Positions 39,681 to 49,536 are shown, counted from the first letter of the stretch. The stretch: DNA of 64,000 bases from an uncultured virus (IMG/VR IMGVR_UViG_3300025033_000017) (IMGVR_UViG_3300025033_000017), one strand, 5' to 3'. The notes: generated by a model not told the origin, from the sequence alone. Program-made: numbers and translations.

Positions 39681-39800
39681 ATGCGGGGAAAAGTTGCTAA
39701 AGAGTTGCGGAAGATCGCACGTGGGATTGTTCCGGATGGTGGTAATGCACAGAAGCAGATGTACAAGTCATTGAAGAAAGAACATAAGAGTAAGCAATAA
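39681..39800 (+). CDS. 39-aa basic hypothetical protein
   Basis: AAGGAG RBS; MRGKVAKELRK... Confidence 0.55.
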   Translation: MRGKVAKELRKIARGIVPDGGNAQKQMYKSLKKEHKSKQ

Positions 39801-39811
39801 ATAACTCTTAC

Positions 39812-39887
39812 GGGACTGTAGCTCAGAGGAAGCAGCAGGGTGCTCATAACGCCAAGGTCGAGGTATCGTAATCCTCCAGTCCCACCA
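39812..39887 (+). tRNA. tRNA with CAU anticodon (elongator Met or Ile2), atypical T arm
   Basis: GGGACTG/CAGTCCC acceptor stem, encoded CCA, CTCATAA anticodon loop, 76 nt. Confidence 0.8.
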
Positions 39888-39905
39888 TTTTATCATGAGG
39901 AAGTT

Positions 39906-40862
39906 ATGTCAGAAGTAACAAGCAATCCCAATGAATTTGTCTGGGTTCAGAAATATAGACCAAAATCGATCGATGAATGTATTCTTCCCGAAGAACTAAA
40001 AACCACGTTCAAAGGTATCGCACAAAGTAATCGAATACCAACGATGTTGTTGTCTGGTAACGCTGGTGTTGGAAAGACAACGGTAGCCATTGCTCTATGT
40101 GAAACAGTTGGTGCTGATTGGCTTCTTGTCAACGGTTCTATCGATAACGGCATTGATGTTCTACGTACTAGGATTGCATCGTTCGCCTCGACCATGTCAT
40201 TTTATGACGCAAAAAAAGTGGTTATTCTTGACGAGGCGGATTACCTAAACGCAAATTCTGTTCAACCCGCATTGCGTGGATTCATTGAGGAATTTTCGAA
40301 AAACTGCACGTTCATTTTCACCTGCAACTATCGCAATCGAATCATTGAACCCTTGCAATCTCGTTGCGCCGTGTATGAGTTCAAAATTCCAAACTCCGAG
40401 AAGCCGAAGCTAGCCACACAATTCATGAAGCGCGTTTCGTTGATTCTGGACATGGAGAACATCGAATATGACAAGCGAGTTGTGGCAGAACTTATCCAGA
40501 AGCATTTTCCAGATTACCGTCGTGTATTGAATGAACTACAACGGTATAGTTCGTCCGGAAAGATTGATACGGGCATTCTCGTCAACTTGTCGGAAGACAA
40601 TCTGAACAAGTTGGTGACTGCGTTGAAGGAACGTAAATTCAGGGATGTTCGACACTGGGTAGCACACAATCTAGATGTTGATAGCGTGAAATTATTCTCA
40701 GACCTTTATTCTAAGGTGTCCGAACAGATGGAGCCGAAAGCTGTTCCTGATCTTGTGACGATTCTTGCGAAGTATCAGTTCCAAGCAGCATTTGTCGCTG
40801 ATCAAGAAATCAACTCAGTGGCAGCATTGACGGAAATTATGATGACGTGTAGTTGGAAATGA
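39906..40862 (+). CDS. gp44: Clamp loader large subunit gp44
   Basis: WVQKYRP, GNAGVGKTT, DEAD and SRC motifs; start set at 39906 (GAGG RBS) because the track start lies inside the tRNA. Confidence 0.95.
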   Translation: MSEVTSNPNEFVWVQKYRPKSIDECILPEELKTTFKGIAQSNRIPTMLLSGNAGVGKTTVAIALCETVGADWLLVNGSIDNGIDVLRTRIASFASTMSFYDAKKVVILDEADYLNANSVQPALRGFIEEFSKNCTFIFTCNYRNRIIEPLQSRCAVYEFKIPNSEKPKLATQFMKRVSLILDMENIEYDKRVVAELIQKHFPDYRRVLNELQRYSSSGKIDTGILVNLSEDNLNKLVTALKERKFRDVRHWVAHNLDVDSVKLFSDLYSKVSEQMEPKAVPDLVTILAKYQFQAAFVADQEINSVAALTEIMMTCSWK

Positions 40863-41233
40863 AAACGTTCGACATAAAAAACGCGATTGATAGTAAGACT
40901 AAGATCGAATGGGACGAAGAAACCAAACGAGAGTATCTTCCATTCCTAATGAATCGTGCATTCAGTTATAATCTACATACGATATTTCACGCAAATGAAA
41001 TGAACTTGAATGCCGCAATTGAAAAGAAATGGCAATTAGATTTTTATTATCATTCTATTCCAAAAGGTAAGAGATACGATAATTGGGCAAAAGTAAAATC
41101 TAATGATGATATAGCAGCAATCATGGAATATTACTACATAAATAATGACAGAGCCGTGGAGTATTCGCGGTTTCTGACACCTTCGCAGATGATAGTTATC
41201 CGTGAAAATTTAGAACGTGGTGGTAGAAAGTGA
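40859..41233 (+). CDS. gp62: Clamp loader small subunit gp62
   Basis: YLPFLMNRAFS, ANEMN and terminal GG motifs; synteny. Confidence 0.9.
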   Translation: MKTFDIKNAIDSKTKIEWDEETKREYLPFLMNRAFSYNLHTIFHANEMNLNAAIEKKWQLDFYYHSIPKGKRYDNWAKVKSNDDIAAIMEYYYINNDRAVEYSRFLTPSQMIVIRENLERGGRK

Positions 41234-41239
41234 TATTTT

Positions 41240-41623
41240 ATGATAGAAACATTAGTAGAAGTCCGACTGGATGATCCTGAGGCATTTCTAAAGATCAAGG
41301 AAACGTTGACACGAATCGGTATTCCTTCATTCAAAGATAAAAAGTTGTATCAGAGTTGTCATATATTGCATAAACGCGGGAAGTATTTTATCACCCATTT
41401 CAAAGAATTATTTGCATTAGATGGTAAACAATCGTCGTTGAGTGAAGAAGATATTGAGCGTAGAAATATGATCATCAATCTTTTGGAAGAATGGGGATTA
41501 TTGTTCATCGTTGATCCGAAAAAGACTGAAAAGGAATCTGCATTGAGTTCAATTAAGATCGTTTCTTATAAGGACAAGCATAATTGGGAATTGTGTAGTA
41601 AATATACCATTGGTAATAAATGA
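41240..41623 (+). CDS. regA: Translational repressor RegA
   Basis: FLKIKETLTRIGI and LYQSCHILHKRGKYFITHFKELFALDG motifs. Confidence 0.97.
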   Translation: MIETLVEVRLDDPEAFLKIKETLTRIGIPSFKDKKLYQSCHILHKRGKYFITHFKELFALDGKQSSLSEEDIERRNMIINLLEEWGLLFIVDPKKTEKESALSSIKIVSYKDKHNWELCSKYTIGNK

Positions 41624-41636
41624 AAGGTTGTAAATT

Positions 41637-41795
41637 ATGGAAGAAAAGGTTCAACTAACAATCGAATTGACTTTGGATGAAGTGAATGCAGTATTGGTTG
41701 CATTGAGTGAAAAACCGTTTAGTCAGGTCGCCGACCTGATTGGTAAGATTCGTGGTCAAGCAATGAAGCAAGTAGCGCCTGCTCCAGCGGAATAA
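41637..41795 (+). CDS. 52-aa hypothetical protein
   Basis: AAGG RBS; LTLDEVNAVLVALSEKPFSQVADLIGKIRGQA. Confidence 0.6.
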   Translation: MEEKVQLTIELTLDEVNAVLVALSEKPFSQVADLIGKIRGQAMKQVAPAPAE

Positions 41796-41812
41796 ACTCT
41801 GTAAGACGTTGA

Positions 41813-41844
41813 AAATAAAAAGGAACTTCGGTTCCTTTTTATTT
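41813..41844. terminator. Bidirectional terminator with cUUCGg loop
   Basis: AAATAAAAAGGAAC-TTCG-GTTCCTTTTTATTT. Confidence 0.85.
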
Positions 41845-41845
41845 G

Positions 41846-41874
41846 TTGACAATAAATACACACTTCTGTAGAAT
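41846..41874 (+). promoter_or_regulatory. Putative early promoter
   Basis: TTGACA-17 nt-TAGAAT. Confidence 0.7.
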
Positions 41875-41902
41875 GTATTTCATCGTAAACGAGGAGTTCA
41901 TC

Positions 41903-42052
41903 ATGTCAGTCAAAGGCACAATGTTTTTCGTCGGTCTTGTTTTCGTCATGAGCGCAGTTGGTTCCGAATCTCTGATGACAATTGCACTGGGTTCTTTCTT
42001 TGGATTAGCTTTGATGACACCATATGCACTTCAATCATCTAAGGAACTATAA
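41903..42052 (+). CDS. Small membrane protein
   Basis: GAGGAG RBS; two hydrophobic segments. Confidence 0.6.
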   Translation: MSVKGTMFFVGLVFVMSAVGSESLMTIALGSFFGLALMTPYALQSSKEL

Positions 42053-42139
42053 TGGATTGTTTCTTCTTTGTGTTTGTATTGATTTTTTGTGGTCGCACTG
42101 ATCGCCTATGCTGAGTTTAAATTTTTTGGATGGATTTGA
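42052..42139 (+). pseudogene. Small membrane peptide gene with a +1 shift in a T6 run
   Basis: TAATG-coupled start; removing one T at 42083-42088 gives MDCFFFVFVLIFVVALIAYAEFKFFGWI. Confidence 0.4.
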
Positions 42140-42150
42140 CGAGAAATAAC

Positions 42151-42918
42151 ATGGAACATATCAAGTTTCCTTCTATTGGGCAATTTCGTAATGTAATCAA
42201 GGAAGTGCGGTTCTTTCATAAGAACGAGACTTTGCCTACCTTGAAGTTTCGTGGTACGGTTAAGTTACACGGTACTAACGCGGCCGTTGCTAGGGTTAGC
42301 GGTGAACAGTGGTTTCAGTCTCGTTCCAACATTATCAAGGCGGAAGGTCCTGACAATGCTGGCTTTGCATTCTGGGCAGACGGTATTGACTGGAATCAAT
42401 TCTTTAACCAGATTCCCGCTAACGAATGTGTAATCTTCGGCGAGTGGTGCGGTGGTAACATTCAGTCTGGAGTTGCTATCAACGGGCTGCCTAAGATGTT
42501 TGTTATCTTCAAGATTCTGGCGGATGGCGTATGGTTGAACATGGACCAATACTCTTTCATTCAACGTCCTGACTTGAACATTTACAACATCAACAATTTC
42601 CCTATGTGGGAAATTGATATTGACTTCAACGTTCCTGCTCCTGCTCAAAACAAGTTGAACGAGATTACTGAAGCAGTCGAAAACGAGTGTCCTGTTGGTA
42701 AGGCATTCGGCAAGATCGGCATCGGCGAAGGTGTCGTATGGACGTGTGTTACTCCGGGATACAACTCGCCCAGTTTAGTGTTCAAGGTGAAGGGCGAACG
42801 TCATGTTGGAGGAACATGGATAGAGGGTATTGATTTGCCAAGTGAGGACAGACAAAAGGTAATAAATTTTTGTCTTGCCAATAAAATCAATGAATTTGAT
42901 TTTGAGTTTTTGGAATAA
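42151..42918 (+). CDS. RNA ligase (Rnl2-like), N-terminal adenylation half
   Basis: Motif I KLHGTN, QSR, FGEW, EGVVW and motif V FKVK; followed by a ~35-37 aa tail not belonging to the ligase. Confidence 0.85.
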   Translation: MEHIKFPSIGQFRNVIKEVRFFHKNETLPTLKFRGTVKLHGTNAAVARVSGEQWFQSRSNIIKAEGPDNAGFAFWADGIDWNQFFNQIPANECVIFGEWCGGNIQSGVAINGLPKMFVIFKILADGVWLNMDQYSFIQRPDLNIYNINNFPMWEIDIDFNVPAPAQNKLNEITEAVENECPVGKAFGKIGIGEGVVWTCVTPGYNSPSLVFKVKGERHVGGTWIEGIDLPSEDRQKVINFCLANKINEFDFEFLE

Positions 42919-43657
42919 ACGAAAATCCATCAACTTCATTCTTACAGTATTTTATTATCAAATATCTGGATAACTTGTCAACATTCTTATCACTATTAGA
43001 AGCATCGTTTGGGGTGTAAAAACTCCCAAATGGTGTTTTGTAGATGCCATCAGAGATTGATCTTTTGTGATTTGATATATGTTCCTGTGTCTTGGGTCTT
43101 GGAATATTTAACCACCTATTTCGTAAGTCAGTCATACCACTTTCAGTAAAGAACGACTTAAAATCAACACCTTTCATTCTGTCAGATTGATTTTGTTTGA
43201 ATGTTTTTCCTTCCTCCGTAAGAAGAAATACTTTCCATTTATCTTTTGCTCTGTCCTTTATCGTCTGATTATGCATTGGGTTGTTTATAGTCATAGATAG
43301 TATGTTTGCCATTCTAGCAGATTCATATATTCTAGAATTGTAATATACATCGTTATGTGTTTTACTTCTATCGCGCATTCTACTGAATGCTTTTAACATG
43401 GACGATTTGTGTTTTATATTAGTAAATACCTTGGATAGTATCCAATGTGCTATAAAATGTTCTCTATGGGTTAGCTTTATCACGTTCCATGGATGTTCTT
43501 TTATGTTTGAAAACTGAGGAAACATATATTTACTTTTAGGACATATGTGATGATTGTCCCCTTTAATAGAGTCTTTATTTCTGCTTTCGATAAATCTTAT
43601 ATATCTGGATAGATAGTGTTGATTGTGAGGTAATGTTTCTAAAATAGACTTGTACAT
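42887..43657 (-). mobile_element. Free-standing HNH homing endonuclease (MobE-like) inserted in reverse into the RNA ligase gene
   Basis: HHICPK...N...LTHREHFIAH motif; AGGAG RBS; AT-rich; the only intact minus-strand gene. Confidence 0.85.
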
Positions 43658-43710
43658 AATTGTCTCCTATGATATTATGTTTATAACAAATTTTTAAGGT
43701 TAAAAGAGAA

Positions 43711-44103
43711 ATGCTTAAAATTATTTCAAACGGTAAAGAGTACGAAGTTGATGTGAATCATGTTAAGAACTCTGCAAAATCTGGTAATGCTAAAATCCAT
43801 GGAAAATCCAAGGTCAAGACTCTTGCTGCTGTTGATACCGAGAAGGTTGCATCTATTCAGGAATTCATTGAAAACGTGGTTACCGAGTCACGTCTAAATC
43901 AAGGTATTGACTACCTGAAGGAACAGAATCAACCGTTGAATCAAACTTCTACTGGCATCTTCTTGAAGTGGATCGTCGGTGACGTAATCAAGGAAGAATC
44001 TGACACTATGCGTGACTCTTTGATTGAGCCGAAGGATGTAAACGGCTCAATTTCTAAGAAGGCACGTGAATGGTACTTTTCTCAAGTATTCACTTGGCAA
44101 TAA
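43711..44103 (+). CDS. RNA ligase C-terminal half
   Basis: After a ~30 aa leader reads KSKVKTLAAVD...VTESRLNQG...DVIKEE...KKAREWY, the continuation of the ligase; same frame as the N half. Confidence 0.8.
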   Translation: MLKIISNGKEYEVDVNHVKNSAKSGNAKIHGKSKVKTLAAVDTEKVASIQEFIENVVTESRLNQGIDYLKEQNQPLNQTSTGIFLKWIVGDVIKEESDTMRDSLIEPKDVNGSISKKAREWYFSQVFTWQ

Positions 44104-44122
44104 TTCGGCACTCATGTAAGAT
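44094..44122 (+). promoter_or_regulatory. Putative early promoter
   Basis: TTGGCA-ataattcggcactcatg-TAAGAT, near-identical to 34983-35011. Confidence 0.65.
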
Positions 44123-44149
44123 GCAGTCATAGTCACTTAGGAGCAGAAA

Positions 44150-44311
44150 ATGTTGTATACCCACAAGGTAGTTTTCGACAAGGAAGTATGTGGCTTTATC
44201 GCCAAAAGCGAGTCTTGCCGCTTTCCGAACTTGCCTTCGGCAAGATCATATGCCAAGGCGATTGCTAAGAAGTTTGGTTTTCATAATGTGCGAATCGAGG
44301 TTTTGAAATGA
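44150..44311 (+). CDS. 53-aa hypothetical early protein
   Basis: AGGAG RBS downstream of the promoter. Confidence 0.55.
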   Translation: MLYTHKVVFDKEVCGFIAKSESCRFPNLPSARSYAKAIAKKFGFHNVRIEVLK

Positions 44312-44488
44312 CATGCACTGATCTTGAACTATCCTTCTCCAACGGAGACTTGGATGTCGAATACGCCGAATTCATCAGGCGATCCTGCTGACTGAGTTAT
44401 TTGTGACGGAGATTCTCTGCTTTGTGCCATGGAAGACGGATATCTTGCAGAAGAATTTTTGAACTTCATGAAGCAAAAACAATGTTGA
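44308..44488 (+). pseudogene. Frameshifted small hypothetical gene
   Basis: MTCTDL...EYAEFI stops early; VICDGDSLLCAMEDGYLAEEFL continues in another frame. Confidence 0.45.
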
Positions 44489-44682
44489 TCGAACGAATTA
44501 ATCCCTTTACCGGGGAAAAGAATGTGCTCGAACTTCCGATAACGGAAGAACACCTCTTAGCGCGGGAAAATGACGCGCTAATTCAACGAGCTATGCCGAA
44601 TCTAACTACAGATGAACGTGAATTTATCATGACTGGAATTCCTCCAGGTAAGTGGGAAGAAATTCTTGGGGACGAAGGATGA
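44482..44682 (+). CDS. Hypothetical protein
   Basis: IQRAMPNLTTDEREFIMTGI motif recurrent in phages. Confidence 0.6.
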   Translation: MLIERINPFTGEKNVLELPITEEHLLARENDALIQRAMPNLTTDEREFIMTGIPPGKWEEILGDEG

Positions 44683-45947
44683 ACATTCTTGAAATTCTAA
44701 ACGAGATTGGGGCAAATCCTTCCCGTCTTGCGAAGGAAGCAATTCTCACGCGAGAAAAAGATAATGAATTGTTGAAGGCTGTTATCGTCGCCGCATATCA
44801 CCCCTATATCAATTACTGGATCAAGAAGATTCCCGAAGCAATACAAGGAATCTCAACAAATATTAGTTTGAGACTAGCCCTTGATGGACTGGAATATTTG
44901 TCGGCTCGACGTGTTACTGGTAACGCTGCAATTGAATACCTGGCCAAGATGCTCGGCAGCATGAATCGTGAAGATGCCATCGTTATTGAACGAATTATTG
45001 ACCGTGATCTTCGTGCAGGATTCACTGATGGTACAGCTAACAAAATATGGCCAGGGCTGATTCCAACTTTCGATGTGATGCTATCTCATAAGGATATCTC
45101 TGGTATCAAGTATCCTGCATACGCTCAAACAAAGATGGATGGTGCCCGATGCCACGTTTATTTCGATGGCACTAGTGCTCGGGCATGGTCGCGCCAAGGC
45201 AAGGAATTCGTGTTGCATGGTGCTCTTGATGAATCTGCAAAAGGCCTGATGCTCCCTGGAGAAACCTTCGATGGTGAATTGTTATTCTTCAAAAATAATA
45301 AACCTCTCGATCGTAAGACCAGCAACGGTTTAGCTAATAAATCGATTAAAGGAACACTTTCAGCCGAGGCATGTGATGACGTTCGTTTCGTTGTTTGGGA
45401 TAACGTCGATTTCACTTCTTCTTTGCCTTATACAAAACGGTTTGATATGTTGAATGACAGATTCAACATTGTGTTTAACCAACAACTCAACTCGCGTTTT
45501 CTGCTTGTTCATTCTATCGTTGTCAATTCTGAAGATGAAGCATTCAAGTTTTATAATGATCAACGTGCCAATGGTGAAGAAGGCGCGATTCTGAAAAACA
45601 TGAATTCAGTATGGCAGCCGAAACGCACCAAAGACCTTGGTAAGATGAAAGCCATTGAAGAAGCAGACCTGCTGGTTACTGGTTGGAAAGAAGGAAAAGG
45701 TAAGTTCGCTGGAATGGTCGGTTCTCTTGATTGTCAAACTGCTGAAGGTATTATTAAGGTTAACGTATCAGGATTTTCTGATGATGTTCGTAAGATCGCA
45801 TATACTTTTGTTGATAAGATCATCACTGTTCTATATAACGAGATAATTAAAGATAAGACAACAGGAGAGTATAGTCTGTTTCTTCCTCGGTTCGTTGAAG
45901 TTCGATTTGACAAGACAAAGGCAAACAAATTTGAGGATTTGAAATAA
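44679..45947 (+). CDS. gp30: ATP-dependent DNA ligase gp30
   Basis: KMDGAR, FDGEL, EGAILK and SLFLPRF motifs. Confidence 0.93.
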   Translation: MNILEILNEIGANPSRLAKEAILTREKDNELLKAVIVAAYHPYINYWIKKIPEAIQGISTNISLRLALDGLEYLSARRVTGNAAIEYLAKMLGSMNREDAIVIERIIDRDLRAGFTDGTANKIWPGLIPTFDVMLSHKDISGIKYPAYAQTKMDGARCHVYFDGTSARAWSRQGKEFVLHGALDESAKGLMLPGETFDGELLFFKNNKPLDRKTSNGLANKSIKGTLSAEACDDVRFVVWDNVDFTSSLPYTKRFDMLNDRFNIVFNQQLNSRFLLVHSIVVNSEDEAFKFYNDQRANGEEGAILKNMNSVWQPKRTKDLGKMKAIEEADLLVTGWKEGKGKFAGMVGSLDCQTAEGIIKVNVSGFSDDVRKIAYTFVDKIITVLYNEIIKDKTTGEYSLFLPRFVEVRFDKTKANKFEDLK

Positions 45948-46171
45948 TGCAACCACTACATTTTTACTACGAAAAACGCGGTAAGTTTGCCGGAATGGTT
46001 CGCCATATTTGTCAATTTCCTTTGTGTACGGAAAAGGCGATGTCAGTCGGCGGAATAAGGGCGAACGGCGCGCCAGCAGAAAGAATGTATAAAGGTAAAT
46101 ATATAAGCGAAAAGCATCATCTTGAAATGATACGCACAAAAGGTCATGGAACTGCTACAATACCAATTTGA
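45947..46171 (+). CDS. Hypothetical protein
   Basis: TAATG overlap with the ligase gene. Confidence 0.4.
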   Translation: MQPLHFYYEKRGKFAGMVRHICQFPLCTEKAMSVGGIRANGAPAERMYKGKYISEKHHLEMIRTKGHGTATIPI

Positions 46172-46219
46172 CTTTCATGTTTTGGTAGTGTATCATGGTT
46201 GCATTACATAAGGAAATCT

Positions 46220-48706
46220 ATGTCAGAGTTCTACACATCCGTACTTCAATACGGTAACAAGATTTTATACCGAGGTTACAAAAATGGTCGGAGAGTTCAT
46301 GAAAAACTGGATTTTTCGCCTACGCTTTACATTAATACAAAAAAACCAACAAAATATAAAACTTTGTATGGTCAATTAGTTGAACCGGTTAGTCTAGGTT
46401 CAATCAACGAAGCAAAAGAATATATCAAGCGTTATGAGGACGTTGAAGGTTTTGAGGTATTCGGAATGAAACAATTCCAATATCAATATATCGCAGAAAA
46501 TTTCAAAGGCGACATATCATTCAATATCGATCACATGAAAGTAATGACGATTGATATTGAAACCTCCGTCGAATTGGGAGGTTTCCCTGATGTAAAAAGC
46601 GCTCAAGAGCAAATTCTTCTTATTTCTGCACAAGATAAACTTACGAAAACGAATATCGTTTTTGGATTCAAACCATACGAAAAGTCCAACGATGATGCCT
46701 TCGAATACCGTCAATTCAAGGACGAATACTCGATGCTCAAGGGATTCATTGAGTTTTGGCAAGGTAATACACCAGATATTATTACTGGTTGGAATATCGG
46801 GGGATTCGATATTCCATATTTGATTGGTAGATTGAATCGAATATTAGATGAATCATGGACGAAAAAGTTATCTCCATGGAATATTATCAATAGTCGAGAA
46901 ATACCTGGTAAATTCGGTTCTACTGAAAAAGTAACTAAATGGGTTATCGTTGGTGTCGTTGTTCTTGATTATATGGAACTGTACAAGAAATATGTACAAG
47001 CATCTAGAGAATCATATACGTTGGGATTCATTTCTCAATTGGAACTTGGTGACACCAAAATGGAATTGGAAGGGTCGTTCAAGGAACAATATACCAATCA
47101 ATGGAACGATTTTGTAAGATATAACGCTAAAGATACTGCTCTTGTTGATAGACTTGACGAAAAGTTGAAATTTATCGAAATTATCTGCACTCTGGGTTAC
47201 ACCGCAAAGGTGAATATTGCTGATGGTTTCGGCATGGTGAAGACGTGGGATATCTTCATTTATAATTACCTAAAAGCAAAAGATATTGTAATTCCAAATC
47301 ATACTGGTCGAGCAAAAGGTGATTTCGAAGGAGCGTGGGTAAAAGAGCCAATCCCAGGCTATTATGGTTGGACCATGTCGTTTGACTTCACGGGACTATA
47401 TCCTAGTATCATGCAACAATGGAATATTAGCCCCGAAACAATAATGGGAGTAATTCCTAATGTAAATGTCGAACGATTCATGAATAGTAATTTTGAACGT
47501 CCCGATGGTGATTTTACTATCGCGGCCAACGGAGCAATATTTTCAAAAGAAAAGTTAGGAATCGTTCCAGAAGTTTCAAAGGTTATAACGGATAGTCGAA
47601 AAGTCGTCAAGAAGCAAATGCTAGCACTTGAACAGGAATATGACAAGACTAAAGACAAAAATCTTTTAATCCAAATTGCTGGTTTGAGTGGTAAACAAAA
47701 CGCATATAAGACGCTGAACAACTCACTTTATGGAGTTATGACGAATCATGTTTTTAGATATTTTGACCTTCGCGTTGGAGAAGCAGTAACTCTAACCGGG
47801 CAGGCTTCTGATCAACATATCGAACTTGTTATGAATCAGTATATGAATAAAATCATGAAAACTGATAACGTTGATTATGTTATTGCAGGTGATACCGATT
47901 CGATTTATCTGAATGTTGATGGTCTTGTCAAGCAATTCTTTCCTAATGAGAGTCTTGATAAAACTGTAAAGTTGCTTGATAAAGTAGGAGAAGACCGATT
48001 CCAGAAGGTACTCAATGCCTCGATTGATCATATCTATAATATCGGCAATTGCTATAAGAAAACGATGGCGATGAAGCGCGAGGCCATCGCGTCTAAAGCG
48101 ATCTGGACCGCCAAGAAAAGATATGCCATGATCGTGCATAATTCGGAAGGCGTCGATTATACTCCATACAAGTTGAAGATCATGGGTATGGATTTGATCA
48201 AATCATCAACCCCAGTCTTGATACGTAAATATTTGAAAGATGCTCTTACGTTGATTTTTGAGAGTGATCAAGAAGCACTATATGAGTTTGTTGATGATCT
48301 CAAGAAGAAGTTTTTGAAGATGACTCCTGAGGAAATTGCATTTCCTCGTGGGTGCAACGACTTGACTAAATACACAGATAATAAGGCTATTTTCAAGTCA
48401 GGAACACCGATTCATGTGAGAGGCAGTCTGATTTATAACCATATGAATCGAAATAATAAAGACGTTGTACCTATCAAGGACGGAGATAAGATCAAGTTCA
48501 TTTATCTCAAGGTTCCAAATCCTTGTCGTGAAAACGTAATTTCATTCCCATCATTCGGAACGTTGCCTCCAGATATGGGTTTACATAAGTACATTGATTA
48601 TGAAAAACAGTGGGAGAAAGTTTTTATTGCTCCCCTACTTGGCATCACAACTGCGATAGGTTGGAATCCAGAAAAACGACCAAGTTTAGAAGATTTTTTT
48701 ATCTAA
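46220..48706 (+). CDS. gp43: Family B DNA polymerase gp43
   Basis: Exonuclease DIET and GWN..GFD; DFTGLYPS, K...NSLYG and GDTDS; C-terminal clamp-binding LEDFF. Confidence 0.97.
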   Translation: MSEFYTSVLQYGNKILYRGYKNGRRVHEKLDFSPTLYINTKKPTKYKTLYGQLVEPVSLGSINEAKEYIKRYEDVEGFEVFGMKQFQYQYIAENFKGDISFNIDHMKVMTIDIETSVELGGFPDVKSAQEQILLISAQDKLTKTNIVFGFKPYEKSNDDAFEYRQFKDEYSMLKGFIEFWQGNTPDIITGWNIGGFDIPYLIGRLNRILDESWTKKLSPWNIINSREIPGKFGSTEKVTKWVIVGVVVLDYMELYKKYVQASRESYTLGFISQLELGDTKMELEGSFKEQYTNQWNDFVRYNAKDTALVDRLDEKLKFIEIICTLGYTAKVNIADGFGMVKTWDIFIYNYLKAKDIVIPNHTGRAKGDFEGAWVKEPIPGYYGWTMSFDFTGLYPSIMQQWNISPETIMGVIPNVNVERFMNSNFERPDGDFTIAANGAIFSKEKLGIVPEVSKVITDSRKVVKKQMLALEQEYDKTKDKNLLIQIAGLSGKQNAYKTLNNSLYGVMTNHVFRYFDLRVGEAVTLTGQASDQHIELVMNQYMNKIMKTDNVDYVIAGDTDSIYLNVDGLVKQFFPNESLDKTVKLLDKVGEDRFQKVLNASIDHIYNIGNCYKKTMAMKREAIASKAIWTAKKRYAMIVHNSEGVDYTPYKLKIMGMDLIKSSTPVLIRKYLKDALTLIFESDQEALYEFVDDLKKKFLKMTPEEIAFPRGCNDLTKYTDNKAIFKSGTPIHVRGSLIYNHMNRNNKDVVPIKDGDKIKFIYLKVPNPCRENVISFPSFGTLPPDMGLHKYIDYEKQWEKVFIAPLLGITTAIGWNPEKRPSLEDFFI

Positions 48707-48795
48707 CTTATTCAACCATTTCAGTGTTAGAGTCCTTAGGAAGTGCAATTCCGCGAAGGACAAGGATATTTTATTTTTGATAAAAGGAGTACGTA

Positions 48796-49536
48796 ATGAA
48801 GTTAGTTCTAACAAGTATCGCAGCAGCAGTTATTTTATCAGCATGTAGTGGAGCGCCTTCCAAGGTAATTGATGCAAATTATTCTGTCTACGTTAAGACA
48901 GTCAGTGATCAAAATAAGGCAAAACTGGAAGCGTCTGGACGCCCAATCTTTCAGTTGAAGGGTATTGCTGGACAATCGATTTCCATGAGTGGTGTATCAG
49001 AGATTTCAGTTTATGCGCCAGCGAACGGAGGGAATGAAAACCTAGCGGCTGTGCAACCATACGTTGCACCAAAGAACCAGTTTGTTGAAGGCATCAGAGC
49101 AGCGGGTGAAGTTGTGGCGCCATGGACAGGCGTGGCAAGTTTATGGGTCGGCGGCAAAGCACTTACCAACCTAACGAATTCAGTTGGTGGTGCGGCTGGG
49201 CAGGGCTATCAATATGTACAAGCCCCCGCAGCTAACATGACGATTGGTGGTCACGGCGTTATTGGTTCGGGTTCGTTCACTGAAAGCACTTTGTCTGGAA
49301 CTGGCACCATGGGTGCAGGCGACTACTCAAGTCTTGGTGGCTCTGGAACGCTAGGGTCTGGCGCTTACAATCCAACTGTGACGAACACTGGTGGTCAAGG
49401 TGGCCTGGGTGGAGTTGGTGGTACAGGAGGAACTGGCGGATCAGGCACGACAACTGGCGGTAACGGTGCATCCGGCGCATCTGGCGGTAACGGTGGCACT
49501 GGCGGCGCAGGCACTACGGGTACAGTCACAAACTAA
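48796..49536 (+). CDS. Lipoprotein with Gly/Thr-rich tail
   Basis: Signal peptide with lipobox LSAC; AAGGAG RBS. Confidence 0.7.
   Translation: MKLVLTSIAAAVILSACSGAPSKVIDANYSVYVKTVSDQNKAKLEASGRPIFQLKGIAGQSISMSGVSEISVYAPANGGNENLAAVQPYVAPKNQFVEGIRAAGEVVAPWTGVASLWVGGKALTNLTNSVGGAAGQGYQYVQAPAANMTIGGHGVIGSGSFTESTLSGTGTMGAGDYSSLGGSGTLGSGAYNPTVTNTGGQGGLGGVGGTGGTGGSGTTTGGNGASGASGGNGGTGGAGTTGTVTN

Noticed and set aside
39840..39905. N-terminal extension of gp44 in the ORF track
   Set aside because: It overlaps the tRNA; the RBS and homology fit ATG 39906
42802..43801. Group I intron interrupting the RNA ligase
   Set aside because: No junction I tried gives both an exon-terminal U and an intron-terminal G in frame; the non-ORF flanks are short and AT-rich with no recognisable catalytic core; the endonuclease is antisense
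42802..43803. Gene-60-style ribosomal bypass between matching GGA or CAT codons
   Set aside because: No stop codon follows the putative take-off site, the gap is about 1 kb, and the C half has its own start
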